Origin: Blepharisma stoltei ATCC 30299
Lineage: Eukaryota; Protista; Ciliophora
Direction of reading: 5' to 3'
Length of the DNA: 64,000 nucleotides
Assembly: GCA_965603825.1 (NCBI GenBank)
Contig: CBFDEM010000058.1
Location: 682,001 to 746,000 of the forward strand
In this document: one piece after another, positions 23,357-34,295 of the stretch
How the letters are laid out: every line of letters begins with the position of its first letter
Numbering within the stretch: the first letter of the stretch is position 1
Notes under the pieces: model-generated
Databases searched by the model: none
What the model was told of the DNA's origin: nothing
What the model saw: only the letters and a program-made list of their open reading frames with translations
Translations under genes and position numbers: made by a program

Positions 23357-25165
23357 ATGAATTCCAACTTTTCAAATTCATCAACACCGACGCCTCAAGG
23401 AACCAGTCCAAGTCAGAATCCTGCTAACTCCTTATTTCTTCCATCTCAGCCTTTACTTCACCCAAATGTTCATACTGGAGTCAATTATCCTCCTTCCTAT
23501 GTTCCTGCTTCACCGCCTTGGATTCCTCCATGCATCAATCCATATACCAACAATATTTACCCAGTCCCATACCCCTACAACCTAAATCCTTACTATCCAG
23601 CCTTAGTAAACCCTCTTTATAATCCCATTCCTGTTGGCTTAGGCCCTCCTGCATTTCCAGGTCTAATCCTAAACCCTCGCCCTCCTGTGCTCCTGAATGG
23701 TCCTCCATCAGCTTATAATCCTCTTCTTCCTTTAAAGCGTTCTCGAGAAGTAGTAAACTTTGACGACGATGAAGAACTTGAAACCTCTCAGACTCCATCA
23801 GAAGAAGTCAAAGCTGAAGAAGCTCCTCTTATAGCTTCCCTCAATTTTCTATTCAATTATATAGAGCTAAAAAACGCAGCCCAAGAAGTCCCATGTACTC
23901 TTTCACTTCAAGGTATGGACATTTCACTTGATGAGATCCAGAAAAACCGTCAAGGGATAGACCTAGTCTGTGTCATTGATATCAGTGGAAGTATGGTCGG
24001 AGAAAAAATACAGCTTGTAAAGGAGACTTTGGAGTTTCTGCTTACGGTTTTAGATAGGAGAGATAGGATGAGTTTATGTGTTTTTAATAATTCTGGAAAG
24101 AGATTGACAAAATTAGTAACCCTTAATGATAAAGGGAAATCTATAATTTCAAAAGCACTTCGAAGAATTCAGGCTGTTGGAGGGACTAATATAGCTTCTG
24201 GAATGCAGCTTGCATATAATGTGCTGAATAGTCGAAGATTTATAAACCATATCACTTCTATCTTTCTTCTAACAGATGGACTTGACAACACAAATCCCGC
24301 TGCCTCAATTACAATTAAAGGACTTTCTGATTCTTTTCAGATTAAAAGCCCTACAATTATCCATACTTTTGGTTATGGAAGAGACCACGATGCTTTGCTA
24401 ATGCAAGATATTGCAAAAAATAGCAAAGGGAATTTCTATTTCGTAGAATTCCCTAAAAGTATTCCAGATGCTTTTGCAAACTGCCTTGGAGAGCTTGTGT
24501 CACTTATAGCAAACAATATAACGGTAAAGCTTGAAACCCAGGCTTGTGCTGTCCCATTTACCCTTTCCAAAGTTTTTTCAGAAAATGGTGATAGGGACTT
24601 TACAATGCCTCCAGTTTTTGCAGGTAGCAAAAAAGATACTGTATTTATGCTGAGATTTGATTCAAATGAAGCAAAAATTAATGCAACAATTCGTCCAATA
24701 AAGGCAAAAATAAGTTATGAAACCAAAAATAAAGAAAAACGGTATTTAGAATGCGAATTAGAAGTAAATGTAGTTACGGATGGAAAAGATGAAATTGAAA
24801 TCAATGAAGACGTAATGGTCAATTTTTATAGAGCCAAAGGGGCAGAAATTTTAAGGGCTATTTCAAGACTCGCTGAAGAAAGAAGACTGGATGAAGCCAA
24901 AAGATTAGCAGAAGCTGGTGCTCAGGAACTAAAAAACTCTATTGTAAAGCAAAACCCAGTGATCGCTGCGCTTATTAAAGATTTAGATGACGCAAAAGCG
25001 AGGGTCGCTTCAACTCAAGCTTGGGAAATGGGAGGAAGAGCACAGGTGGTGTCTCTATTTGGAAATTATCAAAACCAAAATGCAGCAAGCAACACAATGG
25101 TGTTTCAAAATTGTCAGCAGGCAGCTTTTTCTTCTCAAGCTTCAAGTTATTTTGGTAAACGCTAA
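23357..25165 (+). CDS. von Willebrand factor A domain protein with Pro/Tyr-rich N-terminus
   Basis: MIDAS motif DLVCVIDISGSM, GGTNIASG, FLLTDG, IHTFGYGRDHD. Confidence 0.9.
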   Translation: MNSNFSNSSTPTPQGTSPSQNPANSLFLPSQPLLHPNVHTGVNYPPSYVPASPPWIPPCINPYTNNIYPVPYPYNLNPYYPALVNPLYNPIPVGLGPPAFPGLILNPRPPVLLNGPPSAYNPLLPLKRSREVVNFDDDEELETSQTPSEEVKAEEAPLIASLNFLFNYIELKNAAQEVPCTLSLQGMDISLDEIQKNRQGIDLVCVIDISGSMVGEKIQLVKETLEFLLTVLDRRDRMSLCVFNNSGKRLTKLVTLNDKGKSIISKALRRIQAVGGTNIASGMQLAYNVLNSRRFINHITSIFLLTDGLDNTNPAASITIKGLSDSFQIKSPTIIHTFGYGRDHDALLMQDIAKNSKGNFYFVEFPKSIPDAFANCLGELVSLIANNITVKLETQACAVPFTLSKVFSENGDRDFTMPPVFAGSKKDTVFMLRFDSNEAKINATIRPIKAKISYETKNKEKRYLECELEVNVVTDGKDEIEINEDVMVNFYRAKGAEILRAISRLAEERRLDEAKRLAEAGAQELKNSIVKQNPVIAALIKDLDDAKARVASTQAWEMGGRAQVVSLFGNYQNQNAASNTMVFQNCQQAAFSSQASSYFGKR

Positions 25166-25187
25166 TATTAAGAAATTTAAATTGAAA

Positions 25188-25793
25188 ATGTCTCATTTTT
25201 ATCAAATTGCATTGCTAGGCGCTGGAGGAGTAGGTAAAAGTGATTTAATACTTCGCTTTACACAAAATAGGTTTGAAGACTGCTATGATCCCACTATAGA
25301 AGACCAATATACTAAAAATTTAGAGTTGGATGGAAAAGCGGTTAAATTAGAAATTCTGGATACTGCAGGACAAGAAGAGTTTTCGCATCTGATTAATGTA
25401 TATTTAGAACAAAGAGAAGCATTCTTATTAGTTTACTCAATAATTGATACATATTCTTTAGAATATGTTAAGAAACTATGCCAAATGATTTTGGAGAAGA
25501 AAAGAGACATTCCTATCATGATTATCGGAAATAAAGCAGATCTGGACAAAAATAGAAGAGTTAAAATAGAAGAAATTCAAGAAATTGCTAAGCTGTTTAA
25601 ATATTGTTCTTATATTGAAGCTTCAGCTAAATTGAATTTTAGTGTCACTGAATCATTTATTGAAATAGTTAGGCTTATTTGAAAGAAAAATGTTGATAAT
25701 TTATTAGAAATAGAAGACAAAGAAATAGAAATTGAGGTTCCTCTTTTAAATCAAGACAAAGCTCTGACAAGCAGCTGCTGCTCAATAATTTAA
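25188..25793 (+). CDS. Ras/Rap-family small GTPase with CaaX
   Basis: GAGGVGKS, YDPTIED, DTAGQEE, NKADL and EASAK. Reading through TGA at 25680-25682 gives a C-terminal CCSII-TAA prenylation motif. Confidence 0.9.
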
Positions 25794-25920
25794 TTTAATC
25801 CTAATTTGTATATAGATTTAATAAGCCTTATAAATTTTGCCAATAATTTGAAAATGCTTTCTTAAGCAACTCAAAACCTTATAAGCAGGCCTTAGTCAAA
25901 GAATAATAACAATTCTAATA

Positions 25921-25975
25921 GAAATTATTTAAATCGAAATTATTCGAATCAAAATTATTTGAATCAAAATTATTC
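25921..25975. repeat. Intergenic 15-bp minisatellite x~3.7
   Basis: GAAATTATTTAAATC / GAAATTATTCGAATC / AAAATTATTTGAATC / AAAATTATTC. Confidence 0.7.
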
Positions 25976-26244
25976 ATATATTATAAATTATACCTTGCCA
26001 AATATTTTTCATAGCGAAAATAGCATTTAACGTCCATATATAGCCATTTATCGACTCAACAAGTTTTACCTCCATTTCACAATCTTAAGAGGGTGAAATG
26101 AATATTTCCATAATTTTTCTGAGCATTTAAATTGCAGAGTACTTTTCTCCATTCGCTAGCATACCATTAACTACTCTGGTATTCTTGATATTTATAAATC
26201 GCAAAAGGATTTAAATTTCGAAACTTTTTTTATGCGGTTGATCA

Positions 26245-26970
26245 ATGGTGTCTATTATAATTTTAATAGCGATGCAAAGAAAGAACTCATCTGCCAGAAT
26301 TTCTTTATCAACAAGGAAAGCAGAAGATAGTTCTCGAGCTAATAACAGTGACCGCCATCTCCCTTCATTGCATTCCCCAAGAACTGATCCTTTCCTCAAT
26401 ATGAAAATTTCTGATAAAAAAACTCCTTCCCTAAGACCTATATGCTTAGTAAAGCATAAATTGATAAACTCTGCCAGTACATCCAAACTCAAACTTCCTA
26501 GCAAGTATAGAAGGATTGTTTTGGAGCCCTCATCCTTACAAGTGATCCCAGAACGTACTCCAAAATTAAGTGAAAGTTCAGCTAATCATGCTTATCTTCC
26601 ATTTTCATCTCATATTCTAAATAGAAGATTTTCCAATCCAGCTATCCACGCTGAGTCCAAGGAGGCTTTAAAATTCGAAGATTTAATTACGAAAGAGTCC
26701 GTGCAATCAAAATACCCAAAATTCCCTCTTCCCAGAATTCTCAGCCAGTCCAATTTCCTATTATCACCAAAAACCAATAATAAAGAATTGAAGATCAATA
26801 TCAAACAGTTAAATATCCCAGAGAACTTTATGTTTTCTCACCGCTCAGCGCCGAATACACACAAGAGGCCTTCAATTGTATCAAAACCTATCCACTTCAA
26901 TATAAATAAACAAAACCCAGCAGAGATGTCTTTCGGTGACATTGACCAAGACTCTGCAGATCTATTTTAA
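26245..26970 (+). CDS. Hypothetical Ser/Pro/Lys-rich protein
   Basis: 241-aa ORF ending in TAA. The start may be the ATG at 26272. Confidence 0.6.
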   Translation: MVSIIILIAMQRKNSSARISLSTRKAEDSSRANNSDRHLPSLHSPRTDPFLNMKISDKKTPSLRPICLVKHKLINSASTSKLKLPSKYRRIVLEPSSLQVIPERTPKLSESSANHAYLPFSSHILNRRFSNPAIHAESKEALKFEDLITKESVQSKYPKFPLPRILSQSNFLLSPKTNNKELKINIKQLNIPENFMFSHRSAPNTHKRPSIVSKPIHFNINKQNPAEMSFGDIDQDSADLF

Positions 26971-27341
26971 GATAAAAAAAATGCAAGTTTGCAACGATAA
27001 TTAAACAATTTAAATAATTAAGGCTATAAATGGAAAACTGTCTTGGTCTTTATAAAAGATAGATTTAATTAAGATATAGATTTTAGTAATATAAAAGACC
27101 AAAAAAACGTCTAGAAATAGCAAGGCTATTTTAAATCTTTTTTATTCCTACAGATATCTCAAGGAGCCATTATTTTTCATATGAATTCTATTTCCATAAT
27201 CTAGAAATCTTAAAACATAATTCTTCGAAGATATTATAACAATAAAGCTTTTGATCTAAATATCAAATTAAAAATCTTTAACAATCTTAGTATTATTAAT
27301 TCAACCAAAAAATAATGCATTTATTAATCCACTTCTCATAA

Positions 27342-28547
27342 ATGTTTTATGCACTTTTTCTTGTATCAGGTCTTTTAGTTGAAGAGCACACCCAAGTTGA
27401 GCCTTTGACTCCTGGCGAATATACTCTCTACAGCCTAATCTCCTTAGGTCTAGTTCTCTTTGCAGGGCTAATGTCAGGTTTAACAGTTGGCTTAATGGGC
27501 ATTGATGAAAATGATCTCCATTTGAAATTGGCATGTGGATCTGAAGAAGAAAGAGAGCAAGCCAAAAGACTATTGCCAGTGATAACTCAGCATCATTGGC
27601 TGCTAGTCACCCTTCTCCTTGCAAATGCTATAGCTATGGAAGCTTTACCTATTTTCTTAGGCCATATGGTTGGAGGAATTATTGCTGTAATTTTAAGCAC
27701 CTTATTGATTTTTGTATTTGGTGAAGTACTGCCTATGTCAATTTTGACAGGTCCAAAACAATGAGAATTGTCAAGCAAAGCAATCCCTATAGTAAAGTTT
27801 CTTATGTATATTTTTTACCCTATCAGCAAGCCTTCTGCTTGGCTATTAGACAGGTGATTAGGGCTGAGCCATAGTAAAGGTTGGGATAATGATCATTTAA
27901 AAACCATTATAAGCTTACACGCAAGCAATGGGACGCCTGATAAAGATGCTTTTATCCCTGGCCAAATCAAATTAATCCACGGTGCTATTGATATGAAGCA
28001 AAAAATAGTAAAATCCCATATGATTGATATCAGCAAAGTTTATTGTTTATCATCAGATTTAATTTTAACAAAAAGCATGCTAAAGTCAATTACACAAAAA
28101 GGACATTCAAGGGTGCCTATTTATTATAAAAATAACCCACAAGAGATTATAGGGATTTTATTAATGAAAAATCTAGTGGGAATTGATGAAAATTGTACTA
28201 TTGAAAGCTCAGGAATAAAGCTAAAAGAAGCTATGTTTGTGAAGCAAGAAACCACGATTTTAGATATGCTAAATATGCTGCAGCAGCAAAATAAACATAT
28301 GGCTTTTGTGACGGAAAGCGATAATAAAAGAATTATTGGGATAATTACTATGGAAGATGTCCTAGAAGCTATATTAAATGCAGAAATTTTAGATGAGGAA
28401 GATTATGATAGAATTTCTAAAATAATGAAAAGCACTCCACCAAGGTCAAGATCTGGGAGTAAAGATGGGCTGCAATATACAAAGAAGAATTTATTCAAAC
28501 CATTCAGCATTTCGCAGGGAGATGATTATCGTCTTATGGAGCCATAA
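27342..28547 (+). CDS. CNNM/DUF21 + CBS-pair metal transporter-like protein
   Basis: LFAGLMSGLTVGLMG, LLVTLLLAN, FGEVLP, GHSRVPIY and GIITMEDVLE. TGA=Trp at 27762-27764 and 27855-27857 joins the ORF-track fragments. Confidence 0.9.
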
Positions 28548-28651
28548 ATAATTTATAAAAAATTTAAGAATTTTACTAGATTTTATAATAAACTTATACA
28601 AAATTTCACTTTGAATTTTTTGAATGAAAAATATTTAAAAATTAAATAAAA

Positions 28652-29305
28652 ATGTTTAATGCAGCATACTCTAGACTATCAGAAGAAGAAAGGAGAATCC
28701 TAGAAGCTTATCATGATAAAGGTAACCAATATATAGTAACACAGTGCCAGTCTAAGCTATTATCTGGTGATAATTCAATGGAGACGAAATTAAGCCCACG
28801 ATTAGGAGACCCTCCAGCCAAAGTGCTACCAACTTATATTTTTAATGACAGCGAAACTCCTCGACCTATTGATATTCCAAGCCAAAGGCTCCGCAAAGAA
28901 GATTTGATTAAAAGCTCTGAAACGTTAACTCAAGACTCCACTAGTAAATCAACCTCCAGGTCATTTAGAACACAGCAAAGAAAAGTAACCCCTAAAAGGC
29001 AAGCACAAGTTAAAACGACACCGAAATCAGCAAGGCCATCAAGCAGAAAAGGAGTATCAAATCCTAGCCAAGTAAAACCAAAAAAGCCAGCAAGACCACA
29101 GTCTGCAGCAAGCTCTTCTGCAAAACCGAAGCCGATGTTTAATATCTCCAATATCCCCAATTTCAAATACGAAGTTGAAAAGCTGCTGAGAGCGGTATTT
29201 AGGCACTCTGTAAACTGCCCTGATATGAAAGAAGAATTAAGAAAAATAGGTGGAGTGAAGCTGCTTGAAGAATATATTAAATGCAGACATGCAGCGAATA
29301 CTTAG
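28652..29305 (+). CDS. Hypothetical basic low-complexity protein
   Basis: 217-aa ATG..TAG ORF. Confidence 0.65.
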   Translation: MFNAAYSRLSEEERRILEAYHDKGNQYIVTQCQSKLLSGDNSMETKLSPRLGDPPAKVLPTYIFNDSETPRPIDIPSQRLRKEDLIKSSETLTQDSTSKSTSRSFRTQQRKVTPKRQAQVKTTPKSARPSSRKGVSNPSQVKPKKPARPQSAASSSAKPKPMFNISNIPNFKYEVEKLLRAVFRHSVNCPDMKEELRKIGGVKLLEEYIKCRHAANT

Positions 29306-29435
29306 AGATTCGCATTATTAAGTTAAAATAATTATTATTTTTGATTTATTTAAGATTATACTGATAATTTATGAAACCAGGAAAATTAATAGTAAATTTC
29401 TCATCAAAAATACTGAAAATGCAATATAATAAATT

Positions 29436-30518
29436 ATGCAGTCCAAGCTTATAGGGACCTGGCTACTCTCAACTTCAGTCGGAGTGTTTGGCCTAATCAC
29501 ACTTGGAGGCTACACTCGCTTAAAAAGAGCAGGCCTCTCTATGGTCGACTGGAAGCCTTTAAATGTAAGATATCCTCAAACTCAAGAAGAATGGGCTATG
29601 GAGTTCAAGCGCTATCAAGAATTTCCAGAATATAAATCCTCTAATTGCGATATAGAAGAATTTAAAGAAATTTATTTTATTGAATATGCTCATAGAGTTC
29701 TGGCAAGATCGATGGGATTATATTTAGCTGTACCAATGGGAATTTTCTGGTGGGGTGGACGCTTTACACCTGCATTTAAGCCCAAAATGCTTGCACTGTT
29801 AGGATTTTTTGGATTCCAAGGAGTATTAGGATGGTGAATGGTAAAAAGCGGCCTTGAGGATAAAGATTATGAGCACCGCGTAAAGGTTGAGCCTGTAAGA
29901 CTTACTACTCATTTAGGATTTGGGGCAGGTCTTTTTGCATATATTTCATATTTAGGGTTTTCATGTTTTAGAAAGTCCCCTGAAGAAGTATTTAACACAG
30001 CAGAAAAACTTAAATCTGCATTAAAAATCAGAACATGGCTAATAGGCTCCCTTTGGATGACAGGTATTACAATAATAGCAGGAGCCTTAGTAGCTGGCAG
30101 TGATGCTGGCAGAGTTTTAAATAATTATCCTTGGTATGGCGACGACTGGGTATACCCAAAAGATTTGTTAGAAAAACAGCCATGGTATACAAATTTTTAT
30201 GAAAATAGGTCTATGATACAGTTCGTGCATAGAAATCTTGCATATTTGACCTATGCAAAGATATTTTTAACATGGAGAACTGCTAGACTTTTACCTTTGT
30301 TGCCTCCGTCGGTGAGATTCGGAATTAATGGGGTTTTCTTGCTGTCAAATCTCCAAGCACTTTTAGGAATTACCACATTAATGAGAGGATGTCCGCTACC
30401 AGAATCTTTATCCCACCAAGGAAATGCACTACTTTTGATGGCAATGATTCTTTTTAGCTTAAGCGGAGTAAGGAAGCCACCTCAAGAATTAATAACTAAA
30501 TTATTAAAACCAGCTTAA
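29436..30518 (+). CDS. COX15: Heme A synthase
   Basis: LGGYTRL..AGLSMVDW, EYAHR, GVLGW-TGA(W)-MVKSGL, HL, QFVHR and HQ motifs. The TGA at 29835-29837 falls in the conserved GW[W/Y]MVKSGL motif. Confidence 0.95.
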
Positions 30519-30699
30519 ATAGAGAAAAAATATTAATTTTTATTTTTAATTGATAATTCAAATTTTAAGAAACGCTTAATTCAAAAAAACCCTCCTTATA
30601 CTCAGAATTAAAAAAAATTAAATTTTCTCAGTAAACAAACAGCTTTTTAATAAATATAATGGATTCTTCACAATATATCAATTACTTATTAACTTATAA

Positions 30700-31942
30700 A
30701 TGAAGAGTTTTAATCTGGTATACATTTTAGCTATTTCAAACTTGGCAAGAGGATGCAGCCAGCTTTGTACGGCATGCTCAACTATAACTGGAGTCTGAAT
30801 TGTAAACAATTGCACTAATCAATATTGTCGTGCTAAAGATTCAGATTGTAATAATAATTGTGTAGCATGCTTAGTTGATAGTCTTCCTCTTTCCTGTGGT
30901 CTTATTTCAAGTTCTAATGAATATTGCGAAAACTCTGCGGTATAAAACTATATAGAGCACTTGTGGAGGCAGTACTCAAATCTATAATTCTGCAGCAGGC
31001 TCTATTACTCTGCCAACACAAATAGGCCAGTTACAAGTCTGTGAGTGATTTCTTGACCTCCGAAAAGTATTTTCCTCCCAAGACAATCATTATGTGGATG
31101 TTAAAATTTTATTTGAGAGCCCGAACCAAAATGATATGGTATTTTTTATTCAGAATATCGGTAATTTAACAATCTGAGCTTATGATATATATACTTTTGA
31201 AAATCCTCCGAAACTATCTACACTATCTCCTATTAAATTTACATTGCAGCCTGACAGCTTAGCGTCAATGCTCGCTGAAAGACTCATTAAAGCTGATTAT
31301 TTAATAATTGATTATACCACTACAAAATCATATTCCTCATATGCAGGGATCCATATTACTTGAGTCTCTCAGGTCAGTAGTTCTAGTAGCAGTAACGTTG
31401 ACCAAGTATTAACAATCGTCGCCTTAAGCCTTTCAGTGTTTTTTACACTGGTATGCAGCATTACAGTAGCATGGAGGATTATCCGTACAATAAGAAGAAG
31501 AGACAGAATCATTGACGGCGCTAGAGTTGTGTATCCTCAAAGTATGGGACGAGCAAGGGAATATGAAGTAATTCCTGACGACTCAGCTATTATTTTATCT
31601 GAAGATAATATCGAACGGTATATGCCGAAGTCAAAATATACTCCAGATCTTGTAGAAGTTGGAGAATGCACCTGCTGCGTGTGTTTTGAGGAGTATTAAT
31701 TATTTAGATTTAAAGAAGACATAGAAGTAAGAAAACTCCTGTGTAAGCATGTTTTTCATGCAAGCTGTATAGAAGACTGACTTGTTTCACAAGGAGGGAT
31801 CCCCAAATGTCCATTATGCAAACTTAACCCGTTTCAGCCTTTATTTCCACCAGAAAACGCTCATGAAGATGCTCACGAAGAAGTTCATGAAGAAATTCAT
31901 GAAGAAGCTCAAGTAGAAGTAAGATTAGCAGCCGCTGAATAA
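30700..31942 (+). CDS. Membrane-anchored RING-H2 E3 ligase with Cys-rich luminal domain
   Basis: ATG at 30700 and a signal peptide. Introns at 30940-30955 (16 nt) and 31693-31707 (15 nt). One TM helix, then CCVCFEEF..CKHVFHASCIED-TGA(W)-L..CPLC. Four TGA=Trp codons. Confidence 0.85.
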
Positions 31943-32062
31943 TTCATTATGTATTCATAAATTTTTCATAGCAATTCAGACACAAACAATTATCATTTTT
32001 CCAGTTTCTGTTTAAATATAATTTCTTAATACTAAAATGCCCTGAAAATATTAATTGAAATA

Positions 32063-34126
32063 TTATTTAGTTAGCTGGCTTCTATAGTCCTTGAATTCTC
32101 CTTTAAATCTTCTAAGTCGCTTCTTTTTAATCACCCAAATTTCATCACAGACTGAGCTTACGAAATGCTGGTCGTGGCTAATGATTAAAACGCCTCCTGA
32201 AAATGTGTCTAAGGCCACAATGAGAGCATTGACTGCATCAATATCTAAATGGTTAGTTGGCTCATCTAAAAACAAAATGTGTGGCTGCTTGAAGGCGACT
32301 GCAGCAAAGGCAACTCTTGATTTTTGTCCTCCAGACAAAAAGCAGATGGGTCTTAATGCAAGGTTTCCGGTGATTCCAAATGATCCTAAGTGGGCTCGAA
32401 TTACTTCCGAAGGGGTGTTTGGATACTGCTTAGCGAGCTGCTCTAGTGGGGATGATGATAGATCAAGCTGGTCAATGTGATGCTGAGTAAAGGTTCCAAC
32501 CCTAAGCCTTCTGTGCTTATAATAATTTCCGTTAGTTAGGTGTAGTTCTTCGTTTAAGATTTTTAGAAGTGTTGTTTTTCCACAGCCATTTCTACCCAAA
32601 ATTGCCATTCTGCTGTTCATGTCGATATTTATATTGATTTCTGATATTAGCATATCTTCTGGTCCATACCCAAAAGACCCATCGTCAATTCTAAGTAAAG
32701 GAGCAGCCAAAGGTTCAACATCCGGGAACTCAAACACACAAGTAGGGTCATCTATTACATCTTCAATAATTTCCATCTTATTCAATGCTTTAATTCTTGA
32801 CTGCACCAACGACGCTCTTTTTGCATTGTATCTAAATTTATCAATGAATTTTTGTATATGATCAAGTTTCGCTGCTTGGCTGTCATGCTGCTTTTTCTGA
32901 TTCAGAAGCTTCTCATTCCTTGTGCGTTCAAAAGTATCATAGTTTCCTTTGTAATAAAATAAACTTTCACTATAAAAATGAATAGTATCAGTTGTGACGT
33001 TATTTAAGAAATTTCTATCATGAGACACCACAATTACTGTATTTTGATAGGAATTTAAAAAGATTTCAAGCCAAACGACAGTTTCTAAGTCTAAATGGTT
33101 GGTAGGCTCATCAAGAAGAAGTATATCAGGCTTGCAAAATAGCCCACGAGCAAGAGCAAGACGCATTCTCCAGCCTCCTGATAGCTGTTGTGTTGGAGTA
33201 TTCATAGTATCTTGTGTAAAGCCTAGACCTGATAAAATTGATGCAGCTCTGCTTTCAGCTGAAAATGCATCAATTAATGATAGCTGCTCACTTATTTTTA
33301 GATATTGTTCTGGGTCGTCTTGTGAGTTGTTTAAAGCTTTTAAGAGATCTTCTCTTTCAGAATCTGTTTCTAGCAAAGTTTGTAATGCGCCTTTTTCATC
33401 GCCAGTTATTTCTTGTTCGACATATAAAATATATATATGTTTTGGAATTTTATCAATTTCTCCCAATGCCATGGCACTAAGTAATGATGTTTTTCCTACA
33501 CCATTTCTTCCTATCAGACCATATCTTCTGCCAAATGCGATTTTTATTGCTGCATTTTCCAATAAAGTTTTCCCTCCAACCATAATAGAAAATCTATCGA
33601 CCATGATATCTAAGCTTCTGCTTTCACCTCTCTTATGCATCACTTTAGGTGGAGGCAGTGGCTTATGGATTTGCTTCATCGGAAGATTTTTTATGACTTC
33701 TTCTTCTTTCATCCTTTTGTTTTTTGGGAGTTTCCATAATTTTTCACCTGAGTTTGTGTTGACGGATGCTTTTTGAATGCCGAGGAAAGGATCAATATAG
33801 TCTGCAGTGATGCTTTCTGTGGATATACCAATATCAGAGATCATGATACCAGACGGCATTTGCTGTGCCACGATTCTTTCAACACGCTCCTGGCCTTCGA
33901 TTCCTTGTGCTTTTAGTTTGCTTCATAGGTCATCTGCTATCCTTTTGTTTTCGCTTTCAGATTTTGTGAAGCCATCAGTAAGAAAATCTTGAAGAAGATC
34001 ATAAAGTTCTTGTGCACTGCTCGGAGGGTCTTCGATGATCATTCCTGACATGTAGGAATAGCATCGCTCTGGAATGTCAAGATGTGAGCAGACTCTTCGA
34101 ATGATGCTCTCGACCTCTTCTTCCAT
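32063..34126 (-). CDS. ABCF3: ABC-F family ATPase (GCN20/ABCF3-like)
   Basis: Two ABC domains (GRNGVGKT, LSGGW, LLLDEPTNHLD; GRNGCGKT, LSGGQ) and no TM segments. The N-terminal part is joined through TGA at 33923-33925. Confidence 0.9.
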
Positions 34127-34295
34127 TTATTAATAAGTAATAGAGATTTACAATTCAGCTGAAATTCGCTGATTTTTGTGAGATGCTTTGATAAATTAAA
34201 TTGAGTAAGTCATAAATAATATTTATTGGAGGATTATGATAATTTTGTTTTTAATAATTTTATGGTTTCCTTGCTTATTTAAAGTTGTTATAAAT

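Noticed and set aside
24987-25187. N-terminal extension of the Ras ORF overlapping the vWA gene
   Set aside because: The G-domain begins right after the AAAATG at 25188. The extension is an alternative frame of the vWA 3' end.
29835-29837. TGA as selenocysteine or cysteine
   Set aside because: The aligned residues are Trp or another aromatic residue in the conserved families, and TGG in paralogues. They are not Cys.
33099-33776. 225-aa + strand ORF and other antisense ORFs in the track
   Set aside because: These are shadow frames opposite well-supported genes (ABCF3 and others), with no motifs of their own.
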